From the human T2T-CHM13v2.0 reference genome, Homo sapiens, in the NCBI RefSeq assembly GCF_009914755.1, contig NC_060930.1: 64,000 nt of DNA. One strand, 5' to 3'. The position numbers and the translations under genes were made by a program. The notes under the pieces were generated by a model. The model did not search any database and was not told where the DNA came from. It saw only the letters and a program-made list of their open reading frames with translations. Shown here piece by piece: positions 25,275-39,745 of this stretch. Numbering within the stretch: position 1 is the first letter of the stretch; the number at the start of each line of letters is the position of its first letter.

Positions 25275-25645
25275 CATAGATCTGTTTTCTATTGTTGCTA
25301 TAACAAATTATCACCAACTAAGTGGCTTAGAACAATACAAATGTATTGTCTTATTGTTCTGGAGGTCAGAAAGCATAGAATCAAGGTGTCCGCAGGTTGT
25401 ATTCCTTGTGCAGTTTCTAGGGAAAATATTATTCCACTGCCTTTTCTGTTTCTAGAGGTCGCCAACATTCCCTGTATCTTTTCCTCCATCTTCAAAGACA
25501 GCAACATGGGGACCTTCAGATCTTTCTCTCTGACTTTACCTCCTGCTCTGTTGTCACATTTCCTCTGACTCTGACCCTCTCGAGTCCCTCTTATAAGGAC
25601 CCTGTGATTACATTGGGACCCCCGGATAATCCAGGATAATCTCCT
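25275..25645 (-). mobile_element. MLT1D/E LTR (truncated)
   Basis: ttgctataacaaattatcac..gttctggaggtcagaa...gtgattacattggg..ggataatccaggataatctcc. Confidence 0.8.
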
Positions 25646-25802
25646 GCTTTGAGCAGGAGGGAAATGTGAGCTGCCTTTGCACCTGTATGAGTCTCCTATT
25701 GTTGCTGTAGAAAATTACCAAACACAGTGGCCAAAAACAGCACAAATTCATTATCTTACAGTTCTGGAGGTCAGAAGCACAAAACGAGTCCTACAGTCAG
25801 GG

Positions 25803-26233
25803 TGTATTTGTCAGGGTTCTCTAGAGGGACAGAACATATATATATATATATGGGAGTTTATTAAGTATTAAATCACATGATCGCAAGGTCCCACAGTAGG
25901 CCCTCTGCAGGCTGAGGAGCAAGAAGAGCCAGTCTGAGTTCCAAAACTGAAGAACCTGGAGTCCAACCTTCAAGGGCAGGAAGCATCCAGCATGGGAGAA
26001 AGATGTAGGCTGGGAGACTAGGCCAGTGATTTCACATTTTCCTGCCTGCTTATATTCTAGCTGAGCTGGCAGCTCATTAGATTGTATCCACCCAGATTAA
26101 GGGTGGGTCTGCCTTTCCCAGCCCACTGACTCAAATGTTAATCTCCTTTGGCAACACCCTCACAGACACACCCATGATCAATACTTTGTATCCTTCAATC
26201 CAATCAAGTTGACACTCAGTATTAACCATCACA
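25803..26233 (-). mobile_element. MLT2A1-like (HERV-L) solo LTR
   Basis: The minus strand begins TGTGATGGTTAATACTGAGTGTCAACTTGATTGGATTGAAGG; 431 bp; internal (TA)n; TSD CAGGG/CAAGG. Confidence 0.92.
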
Positions 26234-26533
26234 CAAGGTGTTGTCAGGGCTGCCTCCTTTTGGAGGTCCTAGGGAAGTATCTATGTTTTTGCCTTTTCCA
26301 GCTTGTGGAGGCTACCTGCATTCCTTGGCTCATGGCCCCTTCTTCCGTCTTCAGAGCTGGCAGTGTTGCTGCATCTTCCCATCTCTCTCTGATTGGCCTT
26401 CTACCACACTCCTCCACATTTAAAGGAACTTTGTGATTACCTTGGGTTCCCCTGGATAATCTAGGATAATCTCCTTGTCTCAAAAATCCTTAATTTAATC
26501 ATGTCTGCAGAGATCCCTTTACCATATAAAGTA

Positions 26534-26613
26534 TTAGGTTGGTGCAAAAGTAACTGTGGATTTGGCCATTACTTTTCATTGCAAAACCCACAATTACTTT
26601 TGCACCAATCTAA
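26534..26613. mobile_element. MADE1 (Hsmar1 MITE), 80 bp
   Basis: TTAGGTTGGTGCAAAAGTAA...TTACTTTTGCACCAATCTAA palindrome flanked by a TA TSD (26532-33, 26614-15). Confidence 0.95.
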
Positions 26614-27379
26614 TATCATATCACAGGTGCCTGGGATTAGACATCTTTGGGAGGCCATTTTTCAGCCTACCACAGGCTCTTTAAGTAGTGCATATTCACA
26701 GATATTCAAATGTGCCTCTCTTTACTACAATAAAAATAAAAGATTACCCTTAAGTTAGATCATAAAATGATAAAAACGGAACCTACTTTTCATATTTATT
26801 CTACTGATTTCTCCCTTTAATCAATTATATAATGCCCTGGAAGAATAAATAATTACCTGATAACCTCAATGATTAAACAATCCCAATCAATAACAAATGT
26901 TTATTGAGCCCACATCATGGTTTAACAAATTTACCTTGCTTCGTTTTCCACACAGGAACCCCAGGAAGGCTGTAATCAGTACAACAGTCAGCTGCTGCCT
27001 TCACTTGGCAGTTTGCACTACGGTGTTAGGTCACTTAACAAAGGGTCAATTCAGAGGAGAAAAAAAAATCAATCCAATTGCTTGTTTGACTTTCACATAG
27101 GCAAAACAACCATTTGACTGATGGAGTCTTTCATTTTCGTGCAGTTATTTTAGCACCTTGTAACTACAAGCTAAGTGTGCCATTTACATAAACATACAGG
27201 AGTCTATTTACAGGGTTATCAAATGTTTTAATTCATCTGTGAAATCAACATTAACCACTCCCAACACTTTTATTTACCTATGGCACACCCAACTCTCACC
27301 GCCTCTCTATACGCCTTCCTCCCCCAACCTCCTGTATTTCTCTGTGAGCCCTGGGCAGAATTCTCCATCCAATCGAGTC

Positions 27380-28007
<628 letters not shown>

Positions 28008-28060
28008 AAGTATTCCCCCAAATGCCTATTATGTGCCAGGTACTGAGTTGGGTCCAAAAG

Positions 28061-28089
28061 CAACAACAACAACAACAACAACAACAACA
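28061..28089. repeat. (CAA)n microsatellite
   Basis: About 9 perfect CAA units. Confidence 0.95.
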
Positions 28090-29586
28090 CAAAGGTGGCA
28101 GGATGCATAATGATGCTGACGTTTTTTAGCAAGAGACTCTAATGGTCCCCTAGTAGAGTGGGGGAGCTTGACAGGTTGGAGAACTTTCTAGGAGCTCAGG
28201 GAGCAGTCATTTGAGTGGCCTACTTGTAGTGTTCTTGGTTAGGCAAGAGTGAGGTGGGCAGGCACCAGGACTCCGGGGAAGCAGTACTAGATCTTACTGT
28301 GGTGTGTGAAACTGTACTTTACAAAAACATCTTGGGGATGCAGATCTGTTCACTGAGAATACACACAGGCAAATTTACAAAAGCTTCCCAGGCAGCTCTT
28401 CCTTTTTAAGGTTCTATTTTATTGGGAAGTTATCTAATAAGTTAGAGGGGTCTTTACTGAGGTCTGTTGGTAGAAGAGGAGCCCTAGGTTCCCGGGACAT
28501 TATCAAGAAGGGATGAGGAGTTTGGACTGATGGTCTAGTCTCAACTCCAGCACCAACTAGATGGAGGGGAAAGAGATGGCCTTCTGGCACAGTGTATGGC
28601 AGAGGCTGCAAACCCCTCCAGACACAGCCCTTCTCACACAGAGGTTATGCTCTGGGATCATTTGGTTGGGTGTGTGAGCATAAACTTAAAAAAAAAAATC
28701 ATTGCCAATGGTGCCAAGACCTGGCAAATCTAGATGAGAAAGAGCATTCGTAAAGCATTGAACAAAGACACGTTGGCCCACACAAGACCATTTTCACAGT
28801 GATTTCACTAAAGGGCCAAAAATGAGTCCTGGTATCCATAAACTGGGGCCCTCTAGCAGACTAATCAGACTTCCCAGGTCTTTACCTACTGGCATTTGGA
28901 GACAAGACTGACCTCCTTGGACTGAAAAGGTCTCTATCATGCTTAAGTAATTGTAGAAGTGAGAATAGGGAAGAGAAGAGCAAAAATACAAATTTCCTGC
29001 TAAAGGAGGGAAGTGGTAGCTCAGCATGTCTCTGGAGAAATTAAATAAAAGATATGTGACTATATTTGTACCCCAAGATGGTAGCATGGGTAATTCACAT
29101 CTGATTGTCAGTATCTAAAGCTGAACAACATATCCCAACAATAACCAGGCTGATGGTTGTTGCTACCAGAACTTCTGGGCCAGGAAAGAGAGTGGTATGT
29201 CTATGGGAAGGGAGACAGAGTGGAGAAGGTGAGGCAGGGAGGGTAAGGAGAAGTGGGAGATGAGGCTGTAGAACACAGGCTGGAGCAGGAAGACCTTCCA
29301 TTTTCTAGGATTTGCAGGGTCCTTCTTTTCTTCCCATAAAAAAAGCCAGAAAGTGCTATTGGGTCAGAGCAATGGGTAATAGTTCGTGTCCATCAATGTG
29401 GCTAGTCTCTTGTGGGTAATTTGCATTCCTGGAAACCTCCAGATAAATATTCATCCCAAAATCTCCTACTAGGAAAGTGCCCTGAGGCCATTTCCTTTTG
29501 GTTCTCAATTTAGCAAAGGACTATAATACCAAATTTCCTTTGTAAAAAGATACAGTAACACAACTAGTTAATGCTCAGTTAAAGTA

Positions 29587-29791
29587 TAGTAACAATGTAT
29601 TGCATACTTGAAAATTACTTAGAGAGTCATTTTCTTTTATGTGTTCTTACCACCAAAACAGGGTAAATTTGTGAAATAAAGCATAGGTTAAAATAAATTG
29701 ACTTAGCCATTTCACAATGAATACAAATATCAAAACATGATGTTATGTACCACATATATACAATTTTTACTTGTCAATAAATAAATAAATG
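29587..29791 (+). mobile_element. L1MA-type 3' end, 5'-truncated
   Basis: aacaatgtattgcatacttgaaaatt...gccatttcacaatg...caatttttacttgtcaataaa; possible TSD tcagttaaagta/tcaattaaagta. Confidence 0.8.
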
Positions 29792-30080
29792 TCAATTAAA
29801 GTAAATCCTCTTAAAATGGGGACCAAAATTTCACACTAAGCATAGAAACATTTTGATAAAAACTTAAATAAAACTAAAACTTATAAAAGATAAATTTATA
29901 TTATATTCAACCAAATATAGGCTAAAATGTAATTATGCCTTAACTTTTGAAAAGACAAATTGCATGAAGGCTTTTGTTGAGGAGGGCATTATTATATTTT
30001 AAATAAATTGCATGATAGCCTAAAATGACAGAGTTTACTTGACATTTATGTTTGACTTTTGCAGTAGGGTCATAAAGAAA

Positions 30081-30367
<287 letters not shown>

Positions 30368-32444
30368 TTATTAGTTTTCCCACTGTGTCCCTTAATCCTT
30401 TGGTGACCAAATTATTTTCTGCCTGTGGTTATGTCCTGCTGTACCTTTCCTAAATTTCTCTCCTTCAGTTGTTCATCAGGTTAACTCTGCGGAACTCTCA
30501 TTTGTCAACACTTTGAGTGTGATTCCAATAATTCTCCAACACTACTTTGATGGATTTTATGAATTCCTGGCTCTCATGAATTTGTACTTTATTGTTGAAC
30601 GTTAACAACATCTGACCATCAGCAAGAGAGAAGCTACATGATGAGTTGAGAAATACTCCAGCATTAAGCTGGAAGGATTGTTTGTCTAAGGACTAATTTC
30701 CCCAGTGGTCAGATCATTAGCAAATGTTTTCAGGCCTTGATGGTTTCTGCTTGCCTCTGACTTTGGTTTCCCTCTGCATCCTGCAACCTCATAGCTGAAG
30801 GGACTCCTCTAATGAGTATGGGATTAGCAAGGACCCCCTAAAGTTTGAAACTCACATTGTATCAGAAACTAAGTTCCTCATGTAGCCCCAAAGCCAATTT
30901 AGCTCCTAATATACACAGACTGGAGTAGGATGACTTGTTTGCAACTTACCTCGCCCTCATTTGGGAATGATTTTTATGAAAAATGCATCCTGTGTTGCGA
31001 GCGAACCAGGAACATACTTTCCCTTCCAAACAGAAAGCAACAGCTGTAGCAGCAGCCCCCAAGGCACAAAAAACTCATTAAGTCTACAATAAATAAATGA
31101 GGACACTCATTATAAAATCTTTTGTAGCTCTAAAAGCTTGTGGCAAGTTGACTCTCTACATCAGATGAAGATACCTCTCTGGAGAGGTCAATCCAGGTAT
31201 TCTAAAGCAGGACCCATAAGCATTGGTAGGTACTGACAGAACCCTCCCGCTCAGAGATGACTATGGACTCAAGGCGGTCTTGACATTTATCCCTATGTAG
31301 TCTCACTGCCTGATTTCTTTAACTACATCATGGTTTATTTTTAGGCACTGGGTACATGAGCAATTATTCATGGTTGGGACATAGTCTACCTCGATCCTTT
31401 GGTGAAGACTATCCATGTGTATACGTCATTTAAAGCAAGCAAATCGGTACATGGAAGCAGAAAAAATAGAAAAGGAACAGAAATACCAACTTCCTTAAGC
31501 AGTTTCTGATATGTGCACAATTTATTTCTAATTATGACTAAAATCTACCCCGTTTTCTATTCTGTAGGGTTTGGATTTATTGCTGTAATATTAGGCAAAA
31601 TGCTTTTTCCATATTAATGCTGAAGCTGCTATTCCTATCAAGGAGTATAATATATTGTATCTGAAGATACTGGTAACCACTGAATTACATCTAAATGCTT
31701 GTAGGTTTTTAACCATAAGATGTCAATAGCCTTATTTTTGTTCAATGCAGTGAAGGCCCTGTTTATAGAAATCAAATTCATATCATAACAAAAAAACTTA
31801 ATCACAAAGTGAATTCAAAACCCTGACAATGTTTAGTTTAACATATACTTTAAAAATAAAAATATAAAAGCTCCACTGGGAGAATCTAGAACTATCCTTT
31901 GGTCATAAACAACTAGAAAACTGGACAAAATATAGGAAATGAGAATTTTCAGAAATTGTGCTACAAGCAGTGCAGGACTGTTCTTCCTGAAAAATGGAAA
32001 ATAAGTGAAGTGAGCCCCACCACTGACAAGGCTTTCTGCCTGGAGGAACTTTCTGGACTTTAGTGTAAGATGCTGGAATGGAAACAGAGCCCTGGAATCT
32101 TGCTGAGTTGAGGAGACAAAGATGCAAGGTTAGGGAGTCCAAGGCAGCTCTGTGGGGGAATAGCTGCAAGGAGGGAGTCACACAGAGAAAGAGTTCCAGA
32201 AACCTACTCGGGAGTCCTGTGCAGTCTTTAGCTGAATGCCAGTCTGCGCATGTGTGAGGTGATAACTCATAAGGCCAGGCAAAAACAACTTCTGCAAAAA
32301 GAACAATCACCAGAGAACCGTACGCTGACAATTCCCAGAGTTCACACAGACTTGGCAATAGTTCCGTTTCTCATGAGGCAAAGTAGAAAGCCCTCACTGA
32401 ATACGCAAGGCATTTAGTAGATATTCCAGGAGGGCCAGGCCTTA

Positions 32445-32813
<369 letters not shown>

Positions 32814-33742
32814 AAAATAAAGCACAAAGAGATTAAGCCAATCTGCAAGTAACTTAGCTGCCTGACATAAAAAGCCTAACACTCTTTAAAAGAATGTGAA
32901 AAAAATCCAACCTTTAACAATGTAAAAGTTGTAATGTCTGGTATTTGGTCAAAAATTACCAGGCATGTAAAGAAGGAAAATATAACCCATAACCAGGAAA
33001 AACAATTAATTCATAGAAAGAAACTCAGAAATGGCAGAAAATGGCATTAGCAGTCAAGGATTTTAAAATGACTAATACAAATATTATCATTATGATCATG
33101 GTGTAAGAAAAATGTGAACATGACAGTGTAAGAAACAAAAGATATAAAAAAGACACGAATGGAAATTCTAGAGATGAAAAATATTCTATTTGAACAGAAA
33201 AAATATACTTGTTGGGATAAAAAGCATACAATACAGAAAAAAGGTTTATTAAACTTGACCATAGCAATAGAAACTATGCAAAATGAAGAACAGAGAGAAA
33301 ATATTTTTTTAAATGAAACAGAATGATAGTGGCCTGTGGGTCAATATACTTGATCTATATACATGTGATAAGGGTCCCAGAAAAGGAGGGATAGATATAG
33401 AAAAAAAAATTGAAAAAATAAGGTTAAAATTTCTCCAAATTTAGTGAAAAGCGTAAACCACAGATACAAGAAGCTCAAAGGATCACAAGAAACATAAAGA
33501 AAACTACACAAACACCGTTATAATCAAATTGATCAAAACCAGTGGTAAAGAGAGTACCTTACAAGTAGCTGGAGAAAAAAAATACACACTATGTAGAGAA
33601 ACAAGAATTAGAATGACCACAGACTCCTTGTTAGTAACAAAGTTACAAGAGAGTAGAACATCTTCAAAGTACAAAAAGAAAAAAAAAAGCTATAATTCTA
33701 GAATTCTAAATTTAGAGAAAATACCTTTCAAAATGAGGGCAT

Positions 33743-34050
33743 GGCCAGGTGCGGTGGCTCATGCCTGTAATGCCAGCACTTTGAGAGGCCAAGACAAGCA
33801 GATAGCTTGAGCCAGGAGTTCAAGACCAGCCTGGACAACATGGCAAAACCCCATCTCTACAAAAAAATACAAAAGCTAGTGGGGTGTGGTGGTGCATACC
33901 GTAGTCCCAGCTACTCAGGAGGCTGAGGTGGAAGGATCATTTGTGCCCAGGAGGCAGAGGTTGCAGTGAGCCAAGATTGTGCTACTGCACTTCAGACTGG
34001 GTGACAGAGCCAGATCCTGTCTCAAAAATAATAAAAATAATGATAATAAC
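33743..34050 (+). mobile_element. AluJ
   Basis: Full dimer; TSD aaatgagggca/aaataagggca. Confidence 0.92.
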
Positions 34051-34399
34051 AAATAAGGGCAGAATAAAGATTTTTTTAGACAAAAAAAAAAAACAAAACC
34101 TTGAGAGTTCTTCACCAGTCAATGTTTCCCCCCCTTTCCACTTGTTTTTTTTATTTCAATAGGTTTTTGGGGAATAGGTGGTGTTTGGTTACATGGATAA
34201 GTTCTTTGGTGGTGACTTCTGAGACTTTGGTGTACCCATCACCCAAGCAGTGTACACTGTACCCAGTGTGTAGTATTTTATCCTTCACCCCTCCCCGTCC
34301 TTACTGCCAAGATCCCAAAGTCCATTGTACAATTCTTATGCCTTTGTGTTCTCATAGCTTAGCTCCCACTCATAAGTGAGAACATACGACGTTTGGTTT

Positions 34400-37300
34400 T
34401 CTATTCCTGATTACTTCACTTAGCATATGGTCTCCAATTCCATCTAGGTTGTGGCAAATGCCATTATTTCATTCCTTTTCATGGCTGAATAGTATTTTAT
34501 GGTGTATATATAGCACATTTTCCTTATCCACTGGTTGATTGACAGGCATTTGGGCTGGTTCCATATTTTTGCAATTGAAAATTGTGCTGCTATAAATGTG
34601 TGTGTGCAAGTGTCTTTTTCATATCATGACTTGTTTTCCTCTGGGTAGAGATTGTTGGATCAAATAGTAGATCTACTTTTAGTCCTGTAAGGAATCTCCA
34701 CACTGTTTTCCATAGTGGTTGTACTAGTTTACATTCCCTCCAACAGTGTAAAAGTGTTCCCTTTTCACCCCATCCATGCCAACATCTATTATTTTTTTAT
34801 TTGTAAATTATGGCCATTCTTGCAAGAGTAATGTGGTATCTCATTGTGGTTTCGATTTACATTTCCCTGATAACTGAGCATTTTTTCATGTGTTTGTTGG
34901 CCATCTGTATATCTTCTTTTGAGCACTGTCTATTCATGTCCTTAGCCCACTTTTTGATGAGATTATTTCTTTTCTTCTTGCTGATTTGTTTGAGTTCCTT
35001 ATAGATTCGGGATATTAGTCCTTTGTCAGATGCATAGTTCATGAAGATTTTCTCACACTTTGTGGGTTGTCTGTTTACTCCTCCGATTATTTATTTTGCT
35101 ATGTAGATGCTTTTTAGTTTAATTAAGTCCCAAGTATTTATCTTTGTTTTGGTTGCTTTTGCTTTTTGGTTCTTGGTCACAACGCCTTTGCCAAAGCCAG
35201 TATCTACAAGGGTTTTTCTAATGTTATCTTCTAGAATTTTAATGGTTTCAGGTCTTAGATTTAAGTCTTTGATCCCTCTTTAGTTGATTTTCAGATAAGG
35301 TGAGAGATGAGAATCCAGTTTCATTCTCCTACATGTCACTTGCCAATTATCCCAGCACCATTTGTTGAATAGGGTGCCCTTTCCCCACTTTATGTTTTTG
35401 CTTGCTTTGTCAAAGATCAGTTGGCTGTAAGTATTTGGCTTTATTTCTGGGTTCTCTGTTCTGTTCCATTGGTCTATGTACCTATTTTTATGACATTACC
35501 ATGCTGTTTTGGTGGCTATTGCCTTGTAGTATAGTTTGAAGTCAGGTAATGTGATGCCCCCAGATTTATTCTTTTTGCTTGGTCTTGAATTGGCTATGTG
35601 GGCTCATTTTTGGTCCCATATGGGTGGGAGTTCAGTCAGGCTGGTGGGAAAAATTTTAAAGATAGTTATAAGTAATAGATACAAACCTTCCTGGAAGGCC
35701 GGGGTTGTTGCATAAGCTTCAGTAACAGATCTGGCTGAAGGCAGCCTAATCCTTATCTTAAGTAAATAGCTTAAAGTAGGTACAAAGGAATGTTAAGGGA
35801 GTTTATCTAAATAACTTGTTTACTCATGTGGTCCTAAAACTAACCTTCGATCATTCTCAGGCAGGATGGCTGTCCTGTGTGGAGGACTACCAGGTTAATT
35901 ACTCTCTAGTGGTGTTGACTCAAAGCCTTTGTCATTTAGTGTGTGCTGAATAAATGCTGGCAGGGCCAGCTAGTCAGGCAGTGGCTGCTACAACTCTTTC
36001 GGTCAGTTGTCTGGCCCTCTACCCTGCTCTTTCACTGAATATCAGTGTCTGAGTACATTATTCATCCGTCATGCAGTTAGGGTCTGTGGGACGGACCCTG
36101 GCACATATGAATTTCAGAATTGGTTTTTTTCTAGTTCTGCGAAGGATGATGACGGTATTTTGATGGGAACTGCATTGATTTTGTAGATTGCTTTGGGCAG
36201 TATGGTCATTTTCACATTTTCTACTCATCCATGAGCATAGGATGTGTTTCCATTTGTTTATGTCATCTGTTAGTTCTTTCAGCAGTGCTTTGTAGTTTTC
36301 CTTGTAGAGGTCTTTCACCTCCCTGGTTAGGTATATTCCTAAGTATTTTATTTTCTAGTATTTTATTTTGTTTTACTTTATTTTATTTTATTTTGCAGCT
36401 ATTGTAAAAGGGGTTGAGTTCTTGATTTGATTCTCAGCTTGATCGCTGTTGGTGTACAACAGTGCCACTGATTTGTGTGCATTGATTTGGTATCCTGAAA
36501 CTTTATTGAATTCATTTATCAGTTCTAGGAGCCTTTTGGATAAGTCTTCAGGGTTTTCTAGGTGTATGACCGTATCCTCAGTGAACAGTGACAGTTTGAT
36601 TTCCTCTTTACTGATTTGGATGCCCTTTATTTCTTTCTCTTGTCTAATTATTCTGGCTAAGACTTCCAGTACTATGTTGAATAGAAGTGGTAAAAGTGGA
36701 CATCCTTGTCTTGTTCTAGTTTCCAAGGGGAATGCTTTCAACTTTTCCCCATTCAGTATAATGTTCACTGTGAGTTTGTCATAGATGGCTTTTATTACCT
36801 TAAGGGATGTTCCTTCTATGCCAATTTTGCTGAAGTTTTTATAAAAGGATGCTGAATTTTGCCAATTGCTTTTTCTGCCACTATTGAGATGATCACGTGA
36901 TTTTTGTTTTAAATTCTGTTTCTGTGATGTATCACATTTATTGACTTGCATATGTTAAACCATCCCTGCATCCCTGGTATGAAACCCCCACTTGATCATA
37001 GTGAATTATCTTTTTGATATGCTGTTGGATTCAGTTCGCTAGTATTTTGCTGAGGATTTATGTTTCTATATTAATCACAGATATTGATCTGCAGTTTTCT
37101 TTTTTGTTGTTGTTATGTCCTTTCCTGGTTTTGGTATTAGAGTGGTACTGGCTTCATAGAATGATTTAGGGAGGATCCTCTTTTTCTAAATTTTGGAGTA
37201 GTGTCAACAGAATTGGTACCAATTCTTCTTTGAATGACTGACAGAATTCACCTATGAATCCATCTGGTCCTGGACTTTTTTTGTTGCTGCCAATTATTTT

Positions 37301-38646
37301 ATTACCATATCAGTCTTGTTGCTTGTTATGGGTCTGTTCAGAGTTTATATTTCTTCCTGGTTTAATCTAGGAGGGTGGCATGTTTCCAGGAATTTATCCA
37401 TCTCCTCTGGGTTTTCTAGTTTGTGTATGTAAGGTGTTCGTAGTAGGCTTGAATAATCTTTTGTATTTCTGTGGCATTGGTCGTAGTATCTGCTGTTTCA
37501 TTTCTAATTGAGCTTATTTGAATATACTTTCTTCTTTTATTAGTTTCACTAATGGTCTATTGATGTTATTTATCTTTTCAAAGAACCAGCTTTTTGTTTC
37601 ATTTGTCTTTTGTGTTTTATTTGTTTCAATTTCATTTAGTTGTGCTGTGATCTTAGTTATTTTTTTTCTTCTGCTGGGTTTGGGTTTGGCTTGTTCTTGC
37701 TTCTCCAGTTCCATGAGGTGTGACCTTAGATTGTCTATTTTGCTCTTTCAGACTTTTCTGATGTAGGCATTTAATGCTCTGAACTTTCCTCTTAGCACCA
37801 CTTTTGCTGTGTCCCAGAGGTTTTGATAGGTTGTGTTATTATTGTCATCCCATTCAAATAATTTTTTAATTTCCATTTTGATTTGATTGTTGACCCTACA
37901 ATTATTCAGGGGCAGGTTATTTAATTTCCTTGTATTTGCATGGGTTTGAGCGCTCCTTTTTGGGTTGATTTCCAATTTTATTCCACTGTGGTCTGAGAGA
38001 GTATTTGATAAAATTTCAATTTTCTTAAATTTATAGAGGCTTATTTTGTGGCCTGTTATATGGTCTATCTTGGAGAATATACCATGTGTTGATGAATAGA
38101 ATGTATATTCTTCAGTTGTTGGGTAGAATGTTCTATACATATCTGTTAAGTCAATTTGTTCTAGGGTATAGTTTAAGACCATTGTTTCTTTGTTGACTTT
38201 CTGTGTTGATGATCTGTCTAGTACTGTCAGTAGAGTATTGGAGTCCCCCACTATTATTGTATTGCCATCTATCTCATTTCTTAGGTCTAGTAGTACTTGT
38301 TCTATAAATCTGGGAGCTCCAATATTAGCTGCATGTAATATTTAGGATTGTAATATAATGTCCCTCTTTGTCTTTTTTAACTGTTGTTGCTTTAATATCT
38401 GTTTTGTCTGATATGGTAATAGCTACTCCTGCTTGCTTTTGGTGTCCATTTGTATGGAATATCTTTCTCCACCCTTTTACCTTAAGTTTATGTGAGTCCT
38501 TATGTTAGATGAGTCTCTTGAAGGCAGCAGACATTTGGTTGGTGAATTGTTATCCATTCTGCCATTCTGTATCTTTTAAGTGGAGCATTTAGGCCATTTA
38601 TATTCAGCATTAGTATTGAGATGTGAGGTACTATTCTATTCATCAT
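34400..38646 (-). pseudogene. L1 ORF2 (endonuclease/reverse transcriptase) remnant, frameshifted and interrupted by LTR22
   Basis: ORF track: MMNRIVPHISILMLNINGLNAP..CCLQETHL and [10 protein letters not shown] (endonuclease); [23 protein letters not shown] (RT, with the FADD motif decayed); KKWAKDMNR. Confidence 0.9.
35623..36103 (+). mobile_element. LTR22 (HERV-K22/HML-5) solo LTR inserted in L1 ORF2
   Basis: ..gggagttcagtcaggctggtgggaaaaatt...gggacggaccctggca; AATAAA near 35948; CATATG duplicated at 35617-35622 and 36104-36109. Confidence 0.85.
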
Positions 38647-38749
38647 GCTAATTGTTGCCTGAATACCCTGTGGGTTTTTTTTCTTCATTGTTATTGTTTT
38701 ATAGGTCCTGTGAGATTTATGCTCTAAGAAGGTTCTATTTTGGTGTATT

Positions 38750-39745
38750 TTGAGGTTTTGTTTCAAGATTTAGAGCTCCTTTCATCAGTTCTTATAGTGT
38801 TGGCTTGGTAGTGGCAAATTCTCTCAGCATTTGTTTGTCTGAAATAGACTATATCTTTCCTTTGTTTGTGAAGCTTAGTTTCGCTGGATACAAAATTCTG
38901 GGCTGATAATTGTTTCGTTTAAGGAGGCTAAAGATAAGACCCCAATCCCATCTAGCTTATAGGGTCTCTGCTGAGAAACCTGTTGTTAATCTGATACATT
39001 TTCCTTTATAGGTTACCTGATGCTTTTGCCTCACAACTCTTAAGATTCTTTCCTTCTTGACTTTAGGTAACTTGATGACTATGTGCCTAGGCAAAGAGCT
39101 TTTTGTGATGAATATCTTGGGTGTTCTTTGAGCTTCTTATATTTGGATGTCTAAATCTCTAGCAAGGCCAGGGAAGTTTTCCTCGATTATTCCCTCAAAT
39201 ATGTTTTCCAGACTTTTGCGTTTATCTTCTTCCTTGGGAACATCAATTATTCTTAGGTTTGGTTGTTTAACAGAATCCCAAACTTCTTGGAGGCTTTGTT
39301 CATTATTTTGATTCTGTTTTATTTGTCTTTGTCAGATTGGGTTAATTTGAAAGCCTTGTCTTTGAGCTCTGAAGTTCTTTCTTCTATTTGTTCAATTCTA
39401 TTGTTGAGGTTTTTCCACGTATTTTGCATTTCTCTAAGAGTGTCCTTCATTTCCAGAAGTTGTGACTACTTTTTATTTATGCTATGTACTTCTCTGGAGA
39501 TTTTTCCATCCATATCCTGTAACATTTTTTAAATTTCTTTAAGTTGGTATTCACCTTTCTCTGGTGCCTCCTTGAGTAACTTAATAATTGACCTTCTGAA
39601 TTCTTTTGCTGGCAATTCAGATATTTCTTCTTGGTTTGGATTCGTTGCTGGTGAGCTAGTGTGATCTTTTGGGGGCATAATAGAACTTTGTTTTGTCATA
39701 TTACCAAAATTGTTCTTCTGGTTCCTTCTCATATGGGTACACTGT
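38750..39745 (-). pseudogene. L1 ORF1 remnant
   Basis: MRRNQKNNFGNMTKQ..PPKDHTSSPA..EFRRSIIKLLKE (ORF 39529-39732) resembles the L1PB ORF1 N-terminus; reading frame broken. Confidence 0.8.

Larger units (their letters stand above)
25684..26674 (-). mobile_element. MLT1D LTR hosting MLT2A and MADE1
   Basis: tgtatgagtctcctattgttgctgta ... ttcagcctaccaca; the sequence is continuous across both inserts. Confidence 0.82.

Noticed and set aside
25275-26674. Two adjacent MLT1 LTRs as the paired LTRs of one provirus
   Set aside because: The copies differ in internal structure, one is truncated, the ~40-bp spacer is not recognisable internal sequence, and there is no shared TSD.
31903-32358. 151-aa minus-strand ORF
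   Set aside because: Antisense to an old L1M 5' region, non-ATG start, no recognisable domain.
36388-38251. 187-aa and 167-aa ORFs as genes
   Set aside because: They are fragments of L1 ORF2 with frameshifts and a decayed RT catalytic motif.
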